Translations under genes and position numbers: made by a program
Notes under the pieces: model-generated
Seen by the model: the letters and a program-made list of their open reading frames with translations, nothing else
The model's database searches: none
What the model was told of the DNA's origin: nothing
DNA from: Isurus oxyrinchus
Lineage: Eukaryota
Reading direction: 5' to 3'
Assembly: GCA_026770705.1 (NCBI GenBank)
Contig: JANJGN010000017.1
Location: forward strand, 39,928,001-39,992,000
Length of the DNA: 64,000 nucleotides
Shown: in pieces, positions 35,640-46,934 of the stretch
Numbering within the stretch: position 1 is the stretch's first letter
How the letters are laid out: every line of letters begins with the position of its first letter

Positions 35640-37500
35640 ACTTCAAAATCAGGTACAGTGTAAAATCGACAGCCCACTATCGCTGTTGGCACACTTTGGA
35701 TTATTGCCGTTGACTAATTTCTCTCCAGGTATCTCCTCTTGCTCAGGTCCTGTGATTATAATGTCAGTTTAGGACCCAGCTTGAAAATTAATCTTCAGAA
35801 AACATTTTACCATATCTGTACTACCCGGTCTTTGTGGTGCTTCAAACCACGGAATAGCCTTTGGATTCTCACTCTCTGGATTTATGCATGAAAAGTAATC
35901 CTGCTGAGTGTGTTATCAGAGGTCAGTCAGCACTTATGGCACTGTACCTTAGCATGAATTAACATCTTCATCAGGGTGATGGACACAAGTATGAAAATGA
36001 CTGAAGAATGATCTTCCTGGTTGGTTGTTGACTATGTAAAGAGTAGCAAGGTACAACAGCTCTTCGAGTAGCGATAGATGTGAAAGAAATGATCACATAA
36101 GCTTTTAATTTCTATCACACTCATGCAATACGGACTGTCAGATTTATTTGAAATGAACATTTTACCTTAACACAAAATGGAGAATGGACACTCTGCTTTT
36201 GAATCAGAATGGAGTTGAGAAGTCAGGTGACCTTTTGCTGTCAATATACATAGAACTGCAAGCCCCTGGAAGCTACCTGTATGTCTCAACAAGACATTAA
36301 AATGCAAATAACCTTTTGGGACATTTCATTGAGAAGACATCATAATGCAACAGATCTCTCCTGTTGGAATAATGGCTGCTCTTGTTCAATTAACTGGAAA
36401 AAGTCGTTCACAATGGACTTGCAGACTTCTTGGCTTCTTGGTGTGAAATTCCAAAGAATGGGTGTGAGAAGAATCCTGTTCTATCATAAAGATATGTAGA
36501 TGGGTGAAACTCAAACATCATTGTATGTCGATGGCCAAAGTGAGAGAGGACATTTGTGAGGTCAGTGAAGAAAATGGATATTATGGTCACATGACAGAAA
36601 CCAAGTTTCTGATAGAGAACGTTTAATTAGACACATTTTGGGAGCAGCAAACATAAAGAAAGAAGAAAATCCGCAGTTTTGTTTTGTCTTTATAAAGAAA
36701 GAAGAGGAGTTCCAGACCAGCAAAGGAACAGAATCCTGCCTGAAATCCATCAGGAGGCAGAGAATTTGGGCTGGCCTTTACCTACGCAATTTGAAGAACT
36801 AAACAAGGTTCCCGCTGCAGGGGCTCGACTACACCTTGACTGGAGTGAAGCCTACTACTACAAACGGTATGCCCCAACAAATCTGTCTTCGTAAATGTCC
36901 AATTTCTTCTTTCAGTGGGCCAAAAGGAATCACAGGCCTTCAATGTTTCAAGATTTCATCTCAAGAGAAGCAAGTGTGACAGTCAATTTTTAGAGTTTCA
37001 AAACATAAGTGCATGCTACCTCTTTTGTAATCACCTTTTCGTGTGTGTATGTGTGTGTGTGTGTGTATTGTGTGTGGGTGTGTGTTGTGTGGGTGTGTTG
37101 TGTGTGTGTGTGAGAGAGAGACTATGTGAGTGGGTGCTGTTGGGAATGTATTTTGGGGGTTGAGTATTAAATATTTATCTTTTTTTAAAACTTAACAGGC
37201 ACAGCTCTCAATGGGTTAATACACTTTTCTTTTAAACACATCTTTCTTTGGTCTGTTGAGAGGTGGAAAAAAGGGAGACCATCTGTAGTGTTTCTTTCTG
37301 GTCAGCAGTTGTTGTTTTTATGACTTTCTGTCTGAACATTAGGTATTGCCCCCGTAGCAGTGTCATATGGGCATGGGCCTGGGATACCTGGAAACAGCCG
37401 TGTCTGTGGTGTGTCAGTGAAATACATTTCTTCATTCCCCTCCCCCCCCATTTAAAGGTGGTTGATGTCATGCTAGACAGAGTGTAACCTTAGTGATAAC
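35640..37500 (-). pseudogene. ITIH-like unit 3: continuous VIT-VWA-helical region (about 1.9 kb, no evident introns)
   Basis: Motifs in order: FQV..A..TLLRGQY; LQKR*; DEILK; FFK..PAQI; DGFQAGF; FAAPK..RNLVSVM; LTNVLSH; QEAKK; LNKSSHY; ERSVAL*CLLNE (36325-36360; cf. ERSVSLIILLTD); VASRG; PDFS; PEQEE; CRFYTVP. Confidence 0.75.
37041..37120. repeat. Imperfect (GT)n(GA)n microsatellite
   Basis: Directly visible; lies within the unit-3 VIT region. Confidence 0.95.
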
Positions 37501-38147
37501 CGCTTATAAAATCAGACATTGAAATGGATCAGGGTTCATTGAGAAATAAATTACTGGCCATCACTAAAAGGTATCAGTGATACATATTTAACCTGTAATT
37601 AATTTAATCTACTATTAGCAGGTGGCAGCCTGTAATTTTCTCCTTTCTGTTAAAAAGAGTGGGCAGCACTGATATGGTAAAATGTATTCTGAAGATTAAT
37701 TTTAAATCTGGGCCTTGCAGTGGAGTCAGGATAGATTTATACCTGAACTCAGCAGAGCCTGGTCCAGGGATGAACATTTCTTGGCAAATTACTTAAACTA
37801 TGTGCTTGTCAGAATTCAGCTGTATTCATATTTAAATCAAATAGAAATTTGAAATGTCATGGAGATTATAATGGCACAAAACATACAAAGCCCCACTGGG
37901 AATCATGTGTAAGAACTGGAAATGCAAGGGGCAAACACTTTTCTTTTTCCAAGGCGATGCTTTCCTAGTTAACCAGCTCCAACCATGGTGTTTTGATTCT
38001 GGGGGGGCAGGAGATTTCGGGCTAGGCCAGTTTGGGGCAGTGTAGGAATGGGCTATGAAGCATTGGTAGCAGAGTTTCTTCACTCCCAGAGATGGACCCA
38101 GTTGATGTGAGAGAATTCACAAATGTAATGAAGTTGATACCTTAAAA

Positions 38148-38320
38148 AGAAAGACTTGTATTTATATAGTGCTGTTTATGACCTCAGGATGTCCCAAGCC
38201 CTTCACAACCAGTGACGAATTATCTCAGTGTAGTGACTGGTGTAATGTAGGAAATGTACAGTCAATTTGCACACAGCAAGCTCCCACAAACAATTAATGA
38301 GATAAATGTTTTAGTTGTTG
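38148..38320 (-). mobile_element. Deu-SINE 3' part
   Basis: agaaagacttgtatttatatagtgc...ttgcacacagcaagctcccacaaac. Confidence 0.8.
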
Positions 38321-38399
38321 ATTATTGCCTCTCTCCAGTGGGTTAGTGATGCAAGCTTAGCCTATGTACATTGCAGGCACCCTAGTGTTATGATTTAAA

Positions 38400-39935
38400 T
38401 TTATGCAGGGGTCGAAGTCCATACAGGAAAAGCACTTTGTTTTGGACTGTACAGATGGGCTAAAGGCTCAACCCGTTGGCTTCTAGAAGATAATGGTGGC
38501 CGGCAATGTACAGCATCATATATCTGTGTTTGCTGTTTTGGATCTTGTTGCATTGTTGCATTTATTCAAATTGAAGCTTCTAATATCACACTGACACTGA
38601 GAAACCAACATAACTGTCCTTAACAAATTCCATCCTATTCTAATGGCTGTACGTTAAACAGAACGAACAAAAAAAACCCTGTGCAGACATTAAACTGATT
38701 ATTACACAGATATAACAGGAGACAAATACGGAACCCTTCTTTTAAGGTTCATGTATTTAATGGCATACTGGACAGAAAAAGACATTCCAACTTAATTTAA
38801 TTTCTCTAAGTGCTGTGAATATAGTAACTGCAAGAATATGTTTGCTTTTAGTCTTGAAAATTGAGCAACATATTGAGCACTTTTTTTGTGATTCTTCTGC
38901 AGGTATAAATAGTTTTTAGGTCTTTAGATTCAGCCGTTTTTAAAATATTTTAATGGAATTATATAATGAGGTAATTATGGGCTTAATCTAGTTCATTCTG
39001 CAGGAAGATTTATTGTTAGGGAAATATCGTAATGGACTTGAACCAGAATTAAATACTCATAGTATATGTAATGAGACCTTCCAACTCACCCTCACTTCTG
39101 AACTATCACCTACATTTGTGTGTAACCCAAACACTAACCCTAACACATGGCTTAGTTTAGTGGCATATTTTGTACTAAGCAAAACAATAAAGCTCTTGGG
39201 AGCTGAAAACAGCCCTGATTCCCCACAGTCCACACTCGAATTTCTTTAGACAAAGAATTGATTGAGCACAGACTGATTTTCCATATGGTACGGTTGACAC
39301 ACAGGCCATTGCATCTTTGAAGGAAAAATAGGACAAACATTTCAAGCAGATGAAGGTTTAAGGCTATGGCACTGAGAGCAGTGGGATTAGTTTTGGCTTT
39401 CTCTGGCAAAGAGCCAGCACAAACCTGATGGGCCCAATGGCCTCCTTTTGTGCTATAAACCTCTGTGGTAATTTGCTACACCTTGTGTCCATGCCAGTTA
39501 GCTGAATTTTTCACCTCAGGAAATTTTCCATGGGTTGAAAAGTCCTAATAAACATTTGGAGAGTATAAGCAGCAAACAAAAACATATATTTATGTTCAGA
39601 TAGAAACTGAGAGTGAGTGCACACTGATTATTTTGAAAAGACAACAGTGTGAGAAGGTGCATTGGAACTTTTTCTAATCATTGAACAATGGGCTGCACAT
39701 TAACTTTCAGTAATCAGCACAAGAGGAGGGGAATTGGAAGCAGCAGTTCATGCTGACTTTGAGTTGACTGATGGAGAGTGCACATATTACTGTCCTCTGG
39801 GACCTGATATGACCAGATCTTCGTGCATCTCCAGGCCTGAATATGTGATGCAACATAGATGCCAGCTGAATTTACTTTGGGAGCTGGTACCAGAAACTAG
39901 GTTGATAAAGTGGGGGTCCACACTGAATACTCAGA
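38400..39935 (-). pseudogene. ITIH-like unit 4: C-terminal domain with an intact DPHFI motif
   Basis: gac ccc cac ttt atc = DPHFI at 39904-39918, followed in frame by EDLVISGPRGQ (cf. QDPVTGLTVNGQ). Weaker downstream matches near 39000-39130 and 38400-38510. A CR1 tail is inserted at about 39330-39470. Confidence 0.6.
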
Positions 39936-39961
39936 TTTTGGATGAAAAAATACAGGCAATA

Positions 39962-40520
39962 TATAGAAACACAGAAGCAAGATTTATGGCACAGAAGGTG
40001 GCCATTCGGCCCATTATGTCTGTGCTGCCTGAAGAAGAGCTATCCAGCCTAATCTCGTCTTTTAGCTCCTGATCTGTAGCCCTGTAGTTTGTAGCATCTC
40101 AGGTGCTTTCTGCCTGTATCACCCTTTCAAACCTACTGGGGCGAAAAAGATTGTCCTCAACCCCCCCTTTAACTCTTCCTAATCACCTTAAATCCGTCTG
40201 CTGGTTACCGCTAATGGAAATAGGTCCTTCCTGTCCTTTCTATCTAGAGCCCTCATTCACCTCAATTAAATTTAGCCTCCTGCATTCCAAAGAAAGCAAC
40301 CGCAGCCTGGCCAGTCAAACTAGATTTATAAAGTAGGAAGTTGATTCAAAACTTACTTGGAATTGCTGTGTGTTGTTCATGGGTAAAATTTTCCATTCCT
40401 GGCAACCTTCTCGTAAATCCCCTTTGTGCCCTCTCTAGTGCGATTACATTCTCTCTGTAATACTGTATGCTGTACTGTAGCTGCAGTGCAACTAATGTTT
40501 TATATAGTTCCAGCATAACC
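39962..40520 (-). mobile_element. CR1 3' fragment
   Basis: ggcacagaaggtggccattcggcccat...tttatatagttccagcataacctcc. Confidence 0.8.
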
Positions 40521-41589
40521 TCCAGAGCCCTTTAAAAATGGCAGGCAGGACTCAGCTGCTGAAGTCCTGTTCCCAATTCCGGCAGATCCCATTCTTGCCA
40601 GCAGCGGAAAGTGGGTAGGGCCTGATTCACACAGGCAGAAAACTTGAACTGAGCAGGGCCATTAGAAAGTAGTGCTGAGTTCAGACTCCATCTTAGCAAT
40701 TCCAAGGGCCTTTACCCTCAGTAGTGTGGGAACCATAATTTCACGGAGGAGGCATAAACGTTCTTGAAGGGTGGATAAGGTTGGTTTAAGTGCTATGATC
40801 TGAAGTCATTTAAATCCGCAGCCATTTAACTGATTTTTCTTTTCATTTTTAGAGTTATAAAGCAGCCACCCACTGCTGGGGTGCATTGAGTGACAGACCA
40901 TCTAGTGTAACTTAGGAAAAACCATTAGCTGTCTGTTCCTGCAATTTGAGTAGACTTCATTGTTGACATTTCCTAAGAGTTATTATGACTGAACCTGTTG
41001 TGAATGCTTGAGTTTCAAAAGCTCCAAAATTACTACTCAACAGGCGGCTGAATTCACATTTTGATTGACAGTGTTAAAAGGCTATTAAAGGATTAGCTGT
41101 TTTTAATATTGGAAGTGCCTAAGTGTGTGTTTGTTTTTACAACACATTGACAACTGGGGAGGTTTACATTTTTTGAATGGCTTTTGTGAATCAAGTATTT
41201 ATGAGTGAGAACTCTCTTAGATTGTTTGAAGTTTAATTTTTTCATCTCCACATGGCTTCTGAGTGGATTCTGGGTGAGTGGCTATGAAGGGTGCATGGAT
41301 GTATGAGGTGCAAGAGGGGTAGATAGGACTGAGGGGCAAGGGCTATAGGGCCTAACAGCATTTTTATACAACTGGAATGAAGTCCCAGAGAACTAAGTGG
41401 ACCTTCTAACCAACCCGCCTTGGCACTTGCCCACTTCTATTACTGCCTCTGAACTGACTCCATACTGCACCTGTCTCCCTGGAACAAAAATATGACAGGC
41501 AGGCCCCCTTTTAAAAGAGACGAGTCTGTTAAGTTGGGCAGTTCCCCAATTTGAGCTTCCCGACTTGATGGCGAAAATCAGGCCCTTAT

Positions 41590-43990
41590 ACTCTAGGCTT
41601 CAGCCAATAAAGGAAATTATCCATATGTTTTCCTGACCACCTTTTCTACCTGTCCTGCTACTTTTTGGGATCTAAAGACATGTACTCCAAGGTCCCTCTG
41701 TTCTTCTGCACTTATCAGAATCCTACCATTTATTGTGTATTCCCTAGCCTTGTTTGGCCTCCCCAGACACATTACTTCATACTTCCCTAGATTGACTTCC
41801 ATATGCCACTTTTCTGAATAGTTTATTGATGTCTTTCTGCAGTTTACAGTTTTCTTCTTCACAGAACTGTTTCAATTAAACCCCCTCTCAAGTCTCCTCT
41901 CTTCCAGAGAAAACAACCCCAGCCTAGCCAATCTTTTCTCATAGCCACATGGCCAATTTTTGTATCATCTGTAACCTTTATTATCATGCCCCTACATTTA
42001 AGTTTAAATCATTGATATAGAATCATAGAATAGTTACAGCACAGAAGAAGACTATTTGGTCTGTCGTGTCTGTGCTACTGGCTCTCTGAAGGAGCAATTT
42101 GCCATGAGCCACTCCCCTGCTTTTTCCCTTCAACCCTGCAATTTTTTCCTCTTCAGATAATGACCCAATTCCCCTTTGAAAGCCTTGATTGACCCTGCCT
42201 CCACTACACTCTCTCACGCAGTGCATTCCAGATCACAACCACTCATTATGTGAAAATGTTATTCCTTGTGTCACTATTGCTGCTTTTTCAAATTACCTTA
42301 AACCTATGTCCACTGGTTCTTGATCCTTCTACTAATGGGAACAGTTTCACCTTGTCTACTCTATCTAGACCCCTCTGAATACTTCTATCAAATCTCCACT
42401 CAACCTATTCTCTGAGGAGAACAGTCCCAATTTCCTTACCCCGGAATCATTCTTGTGTATGCCCTCTCTTTGCTTTCTAAATTTCCTTTTTAGTTTCACC
42501 CCTGCACTTTCTAGCCTACTCCTGTAGGCTTGCTTCAGTATTGAACTTTTTGCATCTGACAAAAACTTTCTTTTTATTGCCTTATCCTACTCTGTATTCT
42601 CTTTGGCATCTGGGGTGAGGTTAGGGGATGGGTAGCTGGAAATAAATAAATGAATGGAAACAGCTACTTGAAGGTAAATCAGTGTCACAGCAGTGGGAGA
42701 TATTCCACTGTTTCTGCACCCTCTCTAATGCCTTCACATACTTTCTAAAATTTGATGTCCAAAACTGGGCGCAAAACTTCCAGTTCAGGCTAAACCAGTA
42801 TTTTATACATATATACAACAAGCAGTAAGTGACCCAGTACTGAGCTGCGCAGAACCTGACTGGAAACGGCCTTCCAGTCACAAGAACACCCATTGACTAT
42901 TATGCTTTGCTGCTTGTCACTGAATCAATTTGGATCCAACTTACCACTTTCTCTTGGATCCCATGAATTTCCAATTTTCTGACCCATCTGCCAGATGAGA
43001 CCTTATCAAAAGCTTTGTTAGAATCATTGTAGACTACAGCAGCGACCCTCATTACCTCCTCAAAAAATTCAGTGAAGTTTGGACAGGACCTTCCCTTAAC
43101 AAATCCATGCTGACTGTCCTTGATTAATCCATGCCATTCTAGATGACGATTTATACCTTCTCTTATCATTTTTTCCAATAATTTGCCTACAACCAAGGTT
43201 AAGCTGATTGGCCTGTAATTACCTGGGCAACTCTTCGTCCCTTTTTAAACAATGATACAACATTAGCAGTTCTCCAGCAACATGCTTCTAGCCAGAGAGC
43301 ATTGGATAATGATGGTCAGAGCTTCTGCTATTTCTTCCTTTGCTTCCCTCAGCTGCCTGAGAGACATATTCATCTGGGCCTAGTGAATTATCTACTTTCT
43401 AAGGCTAAACACCTGAATATTTCCTCCATTATTCTGTTTAGCCCATCCAATATTTCACACTCCGCCTTCTTAACTTCTGGTTTATCCCTCTCTTCTGTGG
43501 AAACAGATGCAATTTAAGAACTGTGCTTGTCTCATTCCTCCAAGCCCAAAAGGTAACTTTTGCATGATCACTCCTACTCTTTCCTTTATTATCCTCTTGT
43601 TCTTTATGTATATATAAAACGTCTGTGGATTTTCTTTGACTTTACTTGCTAATATATTTTCTTCAGTATTGAATTTTTGTCATTTGACATGAGCTTTCTT
43701 TTTTTTGTGCCTTGCCCTACCCTGTATTCCCATTGGCACCTAGGGTGGAGGTTTGGGAGGGGAGGGGGATGCGGGGGTGGTGGTGGAATGAGTGGTTAGG
43801 TTTGTGAGCTCATCCTTTTTCTTTGTGGGAACATATTTGTTCTGAACCCTCTCCACCTGTACCTTTAATGTCCCCTGTTGCTGTAACTCCACTGGTTGAC
43901 CTTCAAGTAGCTGTTTCCATTCCACTTACGCCAAATCACACCCCAGCTATGTAAAATTGGCCTTTCCCAATTTAAAACTTCTACTCTTGT
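41590..43990 (-). mobile_element. Mosaic of degraded CR1 LINE fragments
   Basis: Minus ORFs 41617-41862 (QRDLGVHV), 42900-43196 (SQHGFVKGRSC..FFEEV..KAFDKV) and 43740-44080. Confidence 0.85.
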
Positions 43991-44029
43991 TCTATTTTTA
44001 TCCTTTTCCATAATTACTCCATATAACAA

Positions 44030-44590
44030 CAACAATAAGTTACATTTATACTGCTCCTTTAACATGATGACATGTCCCAAGGCATTTCACAGGAGCATTA
44101 TAAAACAAAGTATGACACCAAACCACGTAAGGACGTATTAGGTCAGATGACCAAAACCTTGGTCAAAGATGTTTAAAGAATGTCTTAAATGAGGAAAGTG
44201 AGATTGGGAAGCAGAGGTGTTGTAGGGAGAGTATTCCAGAGCTTGGGGCTTAGGCAGCTGAAGGCACAGCCAATAATAGTAGAGCAATTATAATTGGGAA
44301 TAACGAGTCTGAAATTAGGGGAATGCAGATATCTCGGAGGATTGTAGGTCTGGATTACAGAGAAAGGGGTGAGCAAGGCCATGGAAGGATTTGAAAACAA
44401 GGATGAGAATTTTAAAATCAAGATATTGCTTGACTGGGAGCCAGTGTAGGTTAACGAGCACAGGGGTGATAGGGGAACAAGACTTGCTGTGAGTTAGGAC
44501 ATAGGCAGACAAGTTTTGGATGACCTCAGCTTTATGGAGGGTAGAAAGTGGAAGACCAGCCAGGAATGTGTTGGAATAGGCAAGTCCAGA
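44030..44590 (-). mobile_element. L2 LINE 3' end
   Basis: ORF 44315-44626 reads YSNTFLAGLP..LHK..IQN..SPITPVLVNLHWLPVKQYLDFKIL; AFSCLSPKLWNTLP follows. Confidence 0.88.
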
Positions 44591-44594
44591 GGCT

Positions 44595-44890
44595 AAGTCT
44601 AACTGAATTATGATCATAACCACCAAAATGCTCTCACACTGACACCCCTTGCATCTACCAAAATTTCTTCCTGCAGAACTGCCCCTCCTCTTAATGGGTT
44701 TGCTTCATACTGACTAAAATAGTTCTCCTGTATACATTTTAAGAATTCTGAACCCTCTTTATGTTTTACACTGAGTTTATGCCAGTTAATATTGTAGTTG
44801 AAATCTCCCACGATTATTACTTATATTGTTTCTGCACTTCTCAGCAATTTGCCTACATATTTACTCTTCTACCTCCCTCTGACTGTTCTT
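44595..44890 (-). mobile_element. CR1 endonuclease-domain fragment
   Basis: VGDFNYNINW...GSEFLKCIQENYFSQY..NP.RGGAVL. Confidence 0.8.
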
Positions 44891-45339
44891 AACTTGGAGC
44901 TCCCCAGCAACAGCACAGTTTGATATTGGTAACACGGGCAACAATTATGGCTGCAAAGCTGCACATTAACAGTTCTTGATCGTGCTAGCAACTGTGCTGC
45001 TGACAGCCAGAGACTGCGAAAACGGAAAGTTTCTGTAAGCAGTAGGTTCCACCAGACTACAATGTCACAGGTAGGCTCAGCAAAGTGATATTTTTTACCT
45101 GATAACTTTGATGGTGTGTGTCGGTGGGCTGTCCAAAAACTGGGAGCATCACAAATGCACCAATCATACCTTCACCCAAATCCCTAGTGGGCATTGACTA
45201 CTGGAGATGCTGACCAGTCACCAGGGCTGGGAAGGTGGTTGATTCCTCTTTCAGAGCCTTGGGTCCTAAGCCCATTTGGGATGCCTTCATATACTGCCCC
45301 ACAGTTCCTTGCTTGATAGCAGCTAACTTAGCATGGAAG

Positions 45340-46415
45340 CCCTAGCAAAACTGGAGTCAGTGGGAATTGGGGGAAGTCGTACCCAGCACAAAAGAAGATG
45401 GTTGTGGTTGTTGGAGGTCAATCATTTCAGCTCCAGGACATCACTGCAGTAGTTCCTCAGGGTAGTGTCCTCGGCCCAACCATCTTCATCAATGACCTTC
45501 CTTCCATCATAAGGTCAGAAATGGGGTTGTTTGCTGATGATTGCACAATGTTCAGCACCATTCGTGACTCCTCAGACACTGAAGCAATCCAAGTCCAAAT
45601 GCAGCAAGACCTGGACAATATTTGCTCACAAGTGGCAAGTAATATTCGCGTCAAACAAGTGTCAGGCAATGACCATCTCCAACATTAGAGAATCCAACCG
45701 TTGCTCTCTAATGTTTAATGGCATTACCATCACTGAATCCCCTTCTATCAACATCCTGGGGGTTGCCATTGACCAGAAACTGAACTGGACTAGCCATATA
45801 AATACTATGGCTACAAGAGCAGGTCAAAGGCTAGGAATCCTGCAGTGAGTAACTCATCCCCTGACTCCCCAAAGTCTGCCCACCATCTACAAGGCACAAG
45901 TCAGGATGTGATGGAATACTCCCTACTTGCCTGGATGAGTGCAACTCCCACAACACTCAAGAGGCTTGACGTCATTCAGGACAAAGCAGCCCGCTTGATT
46001 GGCACCACATCCACAAACAATCACTCCCACCACCACCGACGTACAGTAGCAGCAATGTGGTACCACCTACAAGATGCACTGCAGGAATTCACCAAGGCTC
46101 CTTCAGCAGCACCTTCCAAACACATAACCACTACCATCTAGAAGAACAAGGGCAGCAAATAGATGGGAACATCACTCTTGGAAGTTCCCCTCCAAGTCAC
46201 TCACCATCCTGACTTGGAAATATATCGCCATTCCTTCACTGTCACTGAGTCAAAATCCTGGAACTGCCTTCCTAACAGCACTGTGAGTGTACCTACACCA
46301 CACGGACTGCAGTGGTTCAAGATGGCAGCTCACCACCACCTTCTCAAGGGCAACTGGGGATGGGCAATAAATGCTAGCCCAGCCAGTGAAGCCCACATCC
46401 TGTGAATGAATTAAA
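45340..46415 (+). mobile_element. CR1-type LINE 3' 1.1 kb (same family as 1712-2525)
   Basis: VPQGSVLGPTIFINDLP...LFADDCT RT motifs, with the shared tail. Confidence 0.93.
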
Positions 46416-46934
46416 AAAAAATGCTCAGATGGCCTTGATTATTTAGCTGATTCTCACATTATAACTCACAAAGGTCATCACAGAGGCTAGCAGGCGTAAT
46501 CCACACGCCTGAGGAGAAAAGTAATACAATGCTCAGAAAATAAAAGCTGCACTGTGGCACTAAACATCTCTAAAGAGGAAATTTCAGCTTCAATCCCTGC
46601 TCTGTGTAGTAAAATGACCTCAATGAGCAATAAAATGAGCTCCAGTGTCCCAGGTTAAGAGGAGAAACTTTGGTCACCATTCTCACTGCTGATTGTTGTC
46701 CGGTGAACCCTGGCTAGAAGTGTTTACGTGTGTGGGTGTATGTGTATGAGATTTTCCCTGTGGCCAAATCACTTGTTGAGCTTTGCTGTCAAGATCTTGC
46801 ACGTGACTAATGGCGACTACTAAAGTGAGAGGAACTCAGTGGATAGATCACTCAAAGAAACCAGTGCCTTCAGGAAATGATAGAGAATTGGTGCGGGAAT
46901 CAAAAATAAAAGTTAGAAACCCTACTTTTACTAT

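Noticed and set aside
36600-36894. Plus-strand reading RLIRHILGAANIKKEENPQFCFV, reminiscent of a piggyBac C-terminus, and ORF 36679-36894
   Set aside because: There is no cysteine-rich domain, TTAA/TIR structure or DDD core. The opposite strand fits a long collinear ITIH alignment.
46560-46900. Possible additional old SINE family (related pieces at about 8100-8350, 17690-17850 and 45160-45330)
   Set aside because: The similarity is too degraded to set boundaries or a family by eye.
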